NCBI GenBank assembly: GCA_038087875.1
Contig: CM075993.1
Coordinates: 7,504,001 to 7,568,000, forward strand
Direction of reading: 5' to 3'
Source of the DNA: Malacoraja senta
Taxonomy: Eukaryota
Length of the DNA: 64,000 nucleotides
The position numbers were made by a program, and so were the translations under genes. The notes below the pieces were generated by a model. That model did no database searches. It saw nothing but the letters and a program-made list of their open reading frames with translations, and was not told the origin of the DNA. Numbering within the stretch: position 1 is the first letter of the stretch; each line of letters begins with the position of its first letter. This document shows, in pieces, positions 14,056 to 24,190 of this stretch.

Positions 14056-15960
14056 ACCTGTTTAACATTTGGTCAGCTGCAACTTGCACACAAGTTACTG
14101 TTTAAGAAGGAACTGCAGATGCTGGAAAATCAAAGGTAGACAAAAATGCTAGAGAAATTCAGCGGGTGAGGCAGCATCTATGGAGCGAAGGAAATAGGCA
14201 ACGTTTCAGGTCGAGACCCTTCTTCAGACTGAAGTTACTGCGTGTGTAGACAGCAACAAGTCCCATGGCATGAAATTCTCTCAACGCCCTTCCAACACAA
14301 AAGGTATGAACACTGAAATTTCCATTTTTAGGAAATTAACCAACAAGCACCTCTTCCCTCTGCCCCACCTGGGTGCCCACACATTTCTCCCACAATCCAG
14401 CCCCCCTCATTCCCCACCCCCCTTGTCCCATTTTTGCCCTTCCCATGCATTCACATTTCACATCTCTTCTTATCTCACATCCATTTGTCTTTCCATCCCT
14501 GGCCTTTGTCCAACCATCTACCGACAACACCCCCCCCCCCCCCCCCCCCGTCCCCCACCTGTATCCACCTGTCGCTTGCCTGGATTTGCCCTGCCCACCA
14601 CCACTCTTCTCTCTACCACAATCAGTCTGAAGGAGGTGCCGGACCGGAAACTCCACCTGTCCATGTTCTCCAGAGAACCGGTCTGACCCGCTGAGTTACT
14701 CCAGCACTTTGTGTTATCCTTTTCCTTTAAACTCGCTCCTTTCATTTCCCTTGTGTGGACTCAATAGATATTTGCCTCCCATATCTGAACCCCTTAATCT
14801 GGTTTCCTATTTTAGACGTACAATACAAAGGCAGGTTATTGGGCTCAAGTCCGTGAAGAAGACAGGTGGAATGCAAGTCAGTCACCCCTTCTTTATCAAT
14901 AGATCATAATAGATGTCACCTATTCCTTTTCTCCAGATGCTGCCAGTACCGCTTTTTGTGTTTGTCTTCGGTTTAAACCAGCATCGTTACTTTTTTGCAT
15001 CTTTCATTCATTTGTTCTATATCTCTCTATATCACCGTCTATATCTCTCGTTTCCATTCCCCCCGAGTCTCAGTCTGAAGAAGCGTCTCGACCCGAAACG
15101 TCACCTATTCCTTTTCCCCAGAGATGCTGTCTGACCCGCTGAGTTACTCCAGCTTTTTGTGTCTATATGCAGTTCCTTCCTACACATGATAGATGTGCAA
15201 CTCTTCCACCCACCTGTCTTTGCTCTGTCAATACTAGTAATGTTATACAATCCATCACTAACTAGACTTGCTAACCTTAACCATCAGGACATAAAAGAAC
15301 TCATCCTGGTTAAGCCAGGCGAGTGACAGAAAAGCCGACACACAGCTATAATTAAACGCTCGGGAAGAATGTAACATATCCTTGTGATTATTAAATCATG
15401 GTTCCATTCTTTTCATTACTGCCCGCAGATCTTGATTAAACCACATATCAAAGAAACAAATGTAAGGTGCAGCAGCTGGATCCAAAAGTTGCGAGAGAAA
15501 TGAAGTGTGAGCAATAAATCAAAACTCAATTTACAACTCAAGCCATCAACATAAACTGTCTTCCACGTCACACTATATTCTCCTCAAGATCAGCTTAAGA
15601 TCAAGATTAGCTGGTAGAGCCTCTGCCTCGCAGCACCAGAGACCCGGGTTCAATCCTGACCACGGGTGCTGTCGGCGCGAAGCTTGCACGTTCTCCCTGT
15701 GAACGTGTGGTTTTCTCCAGGTGCTCTGGTTTCCTCCCACATCCCAAAGACATGCGGGTTTGTAGGTTAATTGGCCCTCTGTAAATTGCCTCTAGTGTGT
15801 AGGGAGTGGATGCAAAATTGGGATGGCAGAACTAGCGCGAATGGGTGATCAATGGTTGGCATGAACTTGATGGGCCCAAGGGCCTGCTGCCATACTGTAT
15901 CTCTAAACACTAAGCTATCAGAATATTTGATTAAAACCAAACAGAAATTGATTTTTTAGG

Positions 15961-16276
15961 GGTGGCCACGGTGGCGCAGCGGTAGAGTTGCTGCCTTACA
16001 GAGCTTGCAGCGCCAGAGACCCGGGTTCGATCCCGCCTACGGGTGCTGTCTGTACAGAGTTTGTACCTTCTCCCCGTGACCGCGTGGGTTTTCTCCGATA
16101 TCTTCGGTTCCCTCCCACACTCCAAAGACGGACAGGTTTGTAGGTGAATTGGCTTGGTGTATGTGTAAATTGTCCCTAGTGTGTGTGTGTAGGATAGTGT
16201 TAATGTGCGGGGATCGCTGGTCGGTGCGGACTGTGGGCCAAAGAGCCTGTTTCCGCGCTGTATCTCTAAACTAAAC
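15961..16276 (+). mobile_element. tRNA-derived V-SINE (HE1-like), full length; representative of >20 copies
   Basis: A box tggcgcagcggta, B box gggttcgatcc, V-domain ttctccccgtgaccgcgtgggtttt, CR1-like tail gggcc..agcctgtttcc and (ctaaa)n. Confidence 0.88.
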
Positions 16277-16440
16277 CACAGTATTTTCTTTAAAGCTCAA
16301 TTTATAATTTTGATCTATTTATAATTAGATACTAATATCCCTATCTCTCATCAATCAAATGTCTCACATAAAAAAGCCAATTGACCCCACTGGTCTATGC
16401 TGATATCCATGTTCTCTTCCCTACTTTCTTTATCTAAACA

Positions 16441-16880
16441 CTCAGTGCTGGAGGGGAGAGTGGACTCTGGGATGGATGTGCTTGAGAGGCGTATGAGGCG
16501 CAAGGTGCAGGTCATCCTGAAAAACCCCGGGCATCCCCTCCGTGTAATTCTGGAGAGTCAAAAGAGCACTCGGAACAACAACCGGCTCCTCTCCCTGCGC
16601 TGCAGAACGGAGCGGTTCAGGAGATCCTTCACCCCTGCAGCCATTCGATTTTATAATTCGGACCGCTAGGCTGTAGGGGGATGCATTTTTGCATTTTTTA
16701 ATTGTTAATTGTTAATTATTGGTCTTTTTAAGTATTTATTGCTCTCAGGTAGTGTCCACATTGTATTTTATGTATTTTCTGTCTGCGTTCGTTTTGAATG
16801 TGTGGGTTTGTTGGTTGGGGGCTTCTGGACATCTGAATTTCCCCGAGGGGATCAATAAAGTATTTACTATTATTATTATT
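16441..16880 (+). mobile_element. Rex1/Babar-like 3' fragment
   Basis: ILKNPGHPL...RLLSLRCRTERFRRSF.PAAIR.YN; ccccgaggggatcaataaag(tat)n tail. Confidence 0.8.
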
Positions 16881-16929
16881 ATGGACATTACCAAAACCTT
16901 CACATTTATTTTCCCGTCAGGTGTTTTAT

Positions 16930-17307
16930 AGATACTTACAAAATTCTTAAGGGGTTGGACAGGCTAGATGCAGGAAGATTGTTCCCGATGTTGGGGAAGT
17001 CCAGAACACGGGGTCACAGTTTAAGGATAAGGAGGAAGTCTTTTAGGACCGAGATGAGAATAACATTTTTCACACAGAGAGTGGTGAATCTGTGGAATTC
17101 TCTGCCACAGAAGGTAGTTGAGGCCAGTTCATTGGCTATATTTAAGAGGGAGTTAGATGTGGCCCTTGTGGCTAAAGGGATCAGGGGGTACGGAGAGAAG
17201 GCAGGTACAGGATACTGAGTTGGATGATCAGCCATGATCATATTGGATGGTGGTGCAGGCTCGAAGGGCCGAATGGCCTACTCCTGCACCTATTTTCAAT
17301 GTTTCTA
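16930..17307 (+). mobile_element. CR1 3' fragment
   Basis: LDRLDAGRLFPMLGKSRTRGHSL...; CR1 tail. Confidence 0.9.
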
Positions 17308-19149
17308 TGATATCCATGTTCTCTTCCCTACTTTCTTTATCTAAGCACATGACATTACCAAAACCTTCACATTTTTTTTCCCGTCAGGAGTTTTATCAAA
17401 CTTTCCACAAAAATCTTTTGACTCAAGTGTAGTTTCCCTCAGACCCCCCCCCCCCCCACCCCTCCAATTGGATGGCATGGGGGGGGGGGGGGGTCTGAGG
17501 GAAATAACGATACTGTGGTTAATGCGGCTGTGATGTCTCTCTGTTCCAAGAAGCCACGTTCAATCTGTGTGGAATCTGCATGTGTTTTTTCCCCCTGTAA
17601 TCAGGTGCGTTTCCCCTGTGTGCTCCAGTTTCCTACCACGTCTCACAGACAGCTGGAAGGTTAATTGGATGGCGTAAACCATCCTAAGCACAGGTTGACA
17701 GCAAAAGGAATTAAAGGGCCACGTATGAGAGAGAATAAACTTCAACATACGCAACATACATAAAGAGGAGGAGGCAAGGACTAACAGGATTGCTCCAGGA
17801 AGAGCTGGCATGGACCCAGTGGATAGAATGGCCTCCATCTGAGGTCATTGTAAAATATTAGGAAGACAAAAGTGCCGGAGAAACTCAGCGGGTGCGGCAG
17901 CATCTATGGAGCGAAGAAAATAGGCAACGTTTCTCCAGCACTTTTGTCTACCTTCGATTTTCCAGCCTAACCCTAATGCAGTTCCTTGAACAAAATATTA
18001 GGAATCTGTAGGAAGGAACTGCAGATGCTGGTTTACATCGAGGATAGACACAAAATGTAGGAGTAACTCAGCAGGACAGGCAGCATCTGTGGAGAAGGAA
18101 TGGGTGACGTTTTGGGTCGAGGCCCTTCTTTTGTCCAGTTCTGTTCATTCCTTCTACCCGGATGTGCTGCCTGTCCTGCTGAGTTACTCCAGCATCGTGT
18201 CTATCCAGATATTAGGAATCCTACATGGGGCTTAAAAATAGCGGAGTCAGGGGATACGGGGAGAAGGCAGGAACGGGGTACTGATTTGGGGATGATCAGC
18301 CATGATCACATTGAATGGCGGTGCTGGCTCGAAGGGCCGAATGGCCTACTCCTGCACCTATTGTCTATTGTCTAGATTTCAAATTCCAAGTAATTCTGCC
18401 TCGAAAATTTGGCTTAAGATTTAAATCAGGAGAAACCTTCGAAGGAAGACTCTGCCTGATTCCCCCCCCCCCTCCTCCCCCCCCCCCCCCACCCCCCAAT
18501 TGCCCTGAGGTGCTGCCGCTCCACAACTTTAGTAATCCTACAACCGCCACCACCGCAAAATGTTGGCAGCCCACGAGAGAAAGACCAGCAGCGTGGAGAA
18601 AAACTTAGCCTCGGCGCTGCCAGTTATGAAATGCCAATGCAGTGTTTGTGCCAAAACACAGCCCACTCCCAGACACCCACAAGCCTCCAGCAGCAGGAGC
18701 CTGCTGCACAGTAGCTCCCCGCCGCCAGTGAAATAAGAAACAAAGGGCGTAAAGTAACTCGATTTATACTCTTCACATTTGCCGAAATGGCATCAGATCA
18801 AGTTAAAGCTCCATTTGTAAACATAGATGTTTAACCATGGTACTTCATGCCCACTAACACCCAACACAGTCATTCTCATAGCAGCAGCATTACAGGATAA
18901 ACAGGCTCATTGCTTCATCACCATCCTCCACCGACATATTCCCCGACTCATCGTTTCCAACCGCCTTCCACCCCAATTCCCAACCACCCCACACGCCACC
19001 TGCACTCCCTCACTCTCACGGGCTCGTACTTCCGCCTGCCCCACCCAACTTCCTCACTCATCCAACCCTTGTCCAACGCACTAAATACCAGCTTTCCGTT
19101 CAGTCCAACCCGTCCCTCTCCACAGCCCCATCATAAACTCATTGAACCA

Positions 19150-21575
19150 TTTACCAAATCATTCCTGATTTCCCTCTCCCCTCCATTTCATAGTTCTTCA
19201 CTCTTTTCCTTATCCATTCTTGCCCCCATTCTCTTCCTCTCTCCTGATCCCTCTCACACACATCACTCTCCTGTTCCACTGTCATCATGTTCTCCTCTAC
19301 CCTTCCCCGCTTCCCTCTCCAGCACTTTTCCATTAACCTCTCCCCCCTCACCTATCCCTGCTCTCCTTTTTCCCCCCACTTCTCATCTCCCTCCTCCGAT
19401 TCCTCCTCTTACCCCTTCTCAGAATCTCCCCCGCGCCCTCTCTCCCTCCTCTCCTCCACCCTCCCCAGCCCTATCCCCCATTCACAGCCCCGATTCCTCG
19501 GCCACCCCCTCCTCTCCTTCCTCCACTGTTGCACCTCCTACAGCAGCCTGGTTGTTTCCTCCTCTCTGCCCCCTGCCTGGTCTCTGTTCCGCAGCCAGTA
19601 TCCCACACCCTCTCTGCTCCTCCCAACTTCACCACCCTCCGCCACAACCTGCTCCCTCCTCCTCTCACAAGCCAAAGTGCTTCACCACCTGCTTGCTCTG
19701 GCCATCACTCTGGCTCCCCTCCTCAACAGCCACAACACCCCCCTCCCCCCAAATCCAGATACACTTTCCTCCAGCAGTCAGTTCCTTTACCCTCCCTTCA
19801 CCTAATTGCCTTACCCCTCCCTACATCACCATTGTCAAGCCCCCTCCGTTCCACCCCGAGCGCCCTTCATACATCCTCCCCCACCTTCACCCCCCATCCT
19901 CTCTCCCCCCACCCATGCCTCTCTGCTTGCTTACATCTCTCTTCTTCTCCCTGTAACCTACATCTCCCACCCTCCTCTCTCAGCCTCAGCCTGTCCCGTT
20001 TCCCCCTCTCTCTTACCCTCACCTCCCCTTTCACACAATTCCTCCCCCATCTTTCTCTTCCAATCTCCCTTGTCGCCTTCCTCTCCTCCGTCTACCTCTT
20101 CCAACCTATCTCCTTTAACCTCTCTACCTCTATTCCCCCTCACCCTTTCCCCGCTCTCATCTCCCTCGCTCTTTGACCTAATCTCCTTCCTCCCCTCTCC
20201 GTTCTCTCGTACCCTTCTCCCTCACTCCTCCCCTTTCAGTTTTCCTCCCCCTTCTTCTCTAGCCACCCCCATACTCCACCCTCGTCTATCTTTCCCACTC
20301 ATCATTTCCCTCCTCCACATCACCCACTGCCTCCTCCTCCCTCCAGTACCCCTTAACCTCCCTTTCCTCCCCCCTCACTCTCTCCCCTTCCATCTCTCTA
20401 TCATTCTCTCCTCCTCCTTCATCTCTCCTTCTCTCCCTCTCCTTCCATCTTTATCTCTTCCCCTCTCACTGTCTGTCTAACTTTCTTTCCCTCCCTCTCT
20501 ATCTCCCCTCTCCCCCTCCTTGCACCCGTTCCTCACTCTTTACCTCTCCATCTCTGACTCTCCACTCCCTCCTTCTCCCTATCCCTTCATCTGCCACTGT
20601 CCCTCCCTCCGCCACAATCTCTCCCCCTCCCTCCTTTTCTCTCTCCCTCTCTCTCCTTCCCTTCTCTAGCCTTCTTTTCTCTCCCTCCCCCTCCCTTCTC
20701 CTCTCCTTCTCTCCATTCTCTTCTTCTCTCTCTCCTTCCCCTCTCCCAATCTCTCTTCTCCCTCTCTCCCTTCCTCACTCCCTCTCCTCTCTCTCTCCTT
20801 CTATCCCTTCTCTCTCCTTCCATTCTCTCTCCTCTCCCTCCATCCGCCACTGTCTCTCTCTCTCTCTCTCTCTCCTTTCCTCCCCCCTTCTCTCTTCTCC
20901 TCTCCATTCTCCCTCCTTCTTCTCCCTTCCTCCCTCTCCATTCTCTCTCCTTTTCTCTCCCTTCCCCTTCTCCCTCTCTCCCTTCCTCTCTCTCTCCTTC
21001 TCCCTCTCCTCTCTCTCTCCCTTCTCTCACTCTCTTCTTCCCTTCTCTATCCCTCTTCCTCCCCTTCTCTCCCTTCCTCCCCCATCTCCCTTCTCTCTCT
21101 CTCTCTCCTTCCCTTCTCTCTCCTTCTTTTTTCTCCCTTCCTCCCATCACCCTTCTCCCTCCTTCTCTCCATTCTCTCCCTCCTTCCCCTCTCTTCCTTC
21201 CTCTCCCAATCTCTCTTCTCCCTCTCCTTTCCTTCCTCTCCCTCCTTCCCTCCCTTCTCTCCCTCCTACACGTCTCTCCTTTCCTTCCTCTCCCTTCTCT
21301 CCCTCTCCCTTATCTCTCTCCTACACGTCTCTCCATTCCTTCCTCTCCCAATCTCTCTTCTCCCTCTCTCCCCCCACGCCCGTGCTCCCCACTTCCTCAC
21401 CCATCTCCCTCCTTCTCTCCATTCTCTCCATTCTCTCCCTCCTCTCTTCCTCATTCCCCTCCCTTCCTCTCCCAATCTCTCCTCTCCCAATCTCTCTTCT
21501 CCCTCTCCTTCTCCCTCTCCCTCCTTCTCTCCCTCCTACACGTCTCTCCCTTCCTCTCCCCCCCCCCCCCCACTC
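19150..21575. repeat. ~2.4-kb polypyrimidine (CT-rich) low-complexity tract
   Basis: Strongly C/T-biased + strand, almost purely C/T from ~20400, with degenerate ctctccctt units. Confidence 0.95.
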
Positions 21576-21935
21576 CCCACTCGGGGCGGGATGGCCTAAC
21601 CCTCTCCCCGCCTGCCCGCCCGCCGGGCGCTGCCTCACCGAGTGCCGCTGCCGGGGGCCGGGGCCGGGGCCGGGGCTGCCACTACCGATACCGATACCGA
21701 TGCCGATGCCGGGCTCCGTCTCCGCTTTATTTTTTTCCCTCTTGTTTTTCTTTCCTCCTCCGGAAGAAAAAAGGAAAAAGCCAGAGCAGCCACGCCGGAA
21801 GTCGCTCTGCATCACCGGCCGCCGGGCCGGGAGCGCTTCCGGGTCAGTGACCCCGCCCCGGCCCGGCGTGACGTCATACTGACCACCCCCCCACCCCCCC
21901 GTGACGTCAGAGGACAACCACCTTCTCCCAATCAT
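21575..21935 (-). promoter_or_regulatory. CpG-island promoter of an unidentified minus-strand gene
   Basis: High CpG density; ETS motif CCGGAAGT 21795-21802; GC box 21851-21860; two full CRE palindromes TGACGTCA 21869-21876 and 21902-21909; CCAAT 21928-21932. Confidence 0.8.
21639..21800 (-). other. Probable non-coding first exon (5' end approximate)
   Basis: TCG|gtgagg donor (intron begins 21638) inside the CpG island; no ATG between the ETS site and the donor. Confidence 0.65.
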
Positions 21936-22352
21936 CATCCCCTGGTGACAATGGAGGCTTCGAGAGTCCGAGAAGGAACTGCAGATGCTGGAAAATCCAA
22001 GGCGGACAAGAAATGCTGGAGAAAACTCAGCGGGCGCAGCAGCATCTATGGAGCGAAGGAAATAAGCAACGTTTCGGGACGAAACCCTTGGGTTTCGGCC
22101 CGAAACGTTGCCTATTTCCTATTCCCTATTTCCTATTTCCTATTTGTTGCCTATTTCCTATTTCCTATTGCCTATTTCCTTCGCTCCATAGATGCTGCTG
22201 CACCCGCTGAGTTTCTCCAGCATTTTTGTATCCCTCAATCAATGGGATCACTCTGCCCTGACACCAACCAGGTGCCTCTGGCATGTCCATGTGATATTTA
22301 TACCCCACCCCCCCCACCCCGATAGTCCTTTCAGGTGAGGCAGAGGTTCACT

Positions 22353-22620
22353 TAGGGTTGCCAACTGTCCAGTATTAGCCGGGACATCCCGTATATTGGG
22401 CTAAATTGGTTTGTCCCGTACGGGACCGCCCTTGTCCCGTATTTGACTGCTGCTACTCGGGTCAAAGGGACTGTCATGTCCGGCCCCGCCTCACCCGTCC
22501 CGACGTTGCGCAGCCCATGGAGTACAGCAGCAGCGCCTCGCCCGTGGCCCCGTCGGTCGCCAGCCCGGCCAGATGTCCGACCTTCGCTTACCGCTGGCTG
22601 AGGGGGTCCAAATTTCATGT
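22353..22620 (+). mobile_element. hAT-like DNA transposon left end
   Basis: Starts tagggttgccaac; gtcccg/cgggac subterminal repeats; near-identical to 62971-63220. Confidence 0.7.
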
Positions 22621-22744
22621 TCCTTATCAACAGTTCTGGACCTGACGTATTTCCCCATTCGAAGCTGGGGAAGTGGTGCGTTATTCAACCCACCGGGTCC
22701 AAGCTGATCATCGATCACCCATTCACACTTGATCTATGTTATAT

Positions 22745-23225
22745 AGACAATAGACAATTGGTGCAGGAGAAGGCCATTCGGCCTTTCGAGCCAGCACCGC
22801 CATTCAATGTGATCATGGCTGATCATCCCCAATCAGTACCCCGTTCCTGCCTTCTCCCCATATCCCCTGACTCCGCTATCTTTAAGAGCCCTATCTAGCT
22901 CTCTCTTGAAAGTATCGAGAGAACCGGCGTCCACCGCCCTCTGTCAGAGAATTCCACAGACTCGCAACTCTCTGTGAGAAAAAGTGTTTCCTTGTCTCCG
23001 TTCTCAATGGCTTACCCCTTATTGTTAAACTGTGGCCCCTAGTTCTGGACTCCCCCAACATCGGGAACATGTTTCCTGCCTCTAGCGTGTCCAAGCCCTT
23101 AACAATCTTATATGTTTCAATAAGAAACCCTCTCATCCTTCTAAACTCCAGAGTGTACAAGCCCAGCCACTCCATTCTCTCAGCATATGACAGTCCCGCC
23201 ATCCCGGGAATTAACCTTGTAAACC
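22745..23225 (-). mobile_element. CR1 3' fragment
   Basis: GLYTLEFRRMRG.LIETYKI...RTRGHSL; (ctattgt)n tail. Confidence 0.9.
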
Positions 23226-23884
23226 TACTTAGGTATCCACTCCCCTACCCACAGAGGCCAATTAACCTACAAACCCGCACGTCTTTGGGATGTGGGAGGA
23301 AACCAAGGGAAACTCACGCAGTCCCAGGGACAACATGCAATCTTGCATACAGATAGCACCCAAGATCAGGAGAGAACCAGGGTGCCTGGCATTGTGAGGC
23401 ATCAGCTCTACCCACTGCATTACTCAGACGTCCTATTGATGAATACTAATTATCACTTTTCCTCTTTTCCATAATAGTCGACCTATCGGAATGGTGGAAA
23501 CAAGGAACTGCAGATGCTGATTTACACAAAAAGACACAAAGTGCTGGAGTAACTCGGCATAGTCCGGCGGCATCTCTGGAGAAAAGGAATGGGTGACGTT
23601 TTGGGTCAAGACTCTTCTTCAGACGGTCTCGACCCAAAAACGCCACCCATTCCTTCTCTCCAGAGATACTGCCTGTCCTGCTGAGTTACTCCAGCTTTTT
23701 GTGACTTATCTTCGGTTTAAACCAGCATCTGCAGTTCCTTCCTACACAGTTAATGTTGAGGCCCATTGCAGGTCTGAGCAAGTGAGGTTTGCAGCTGTGG
23801 GAGAGGCAGATCAAGGGCTGTTGGCAGCAAATGGCGTCTGAAGAAGGGCCTCGACCTAAAACGTCAGCTATCCATTTTCTCAGA

Positions 23885-24190
23885 GCGGCACAGCGGTAGA
23901 GTTGCTGCCTCACAGCGCCAGAGACCCCGTTTCGATCCTGACTACGGGTGCTGCCTATACGGAGTTTATACGTTCTCCCTGTGACCTGCGTGGGTTTTCT
24001 CCGGGTGCTCCGGTTTCCTCCCACACTCCAAAAACGTACAGGTTTGTAGGTTAATTTGGCTTTGGTAAAAAATTGTAAATTGTCCCTAGTGCGTGTGTGT
24101 AGGATCGTGCTAGTGTTCGGGGATGATCGCTGGTCGGTGTGGGCCGAAGGACCTGTGTTTCCACGCTAGTGTTTCTCTAAACTAAACTAA
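23885..24190 (+). mobile_element. V-SINE (HE1-like)
   Basis: Same A/B boxes, V-domain and tail as 15961-16276. Confidence 0.85.

Noticed and set aside
15961..16040. tRNA-like A/B boxes
   Set aside because: SINE heads continuing into the V-domain and CR1-like tail; not tRNA genes
18910..21490. Long Pro/Ser/Leu or Arg/Glu/Gly ORFs (e.g. 348 aa at 18910-19956)
   Set aside because: By-products of the CT-rich low-complexity tract, which lacks stop codons in most frames
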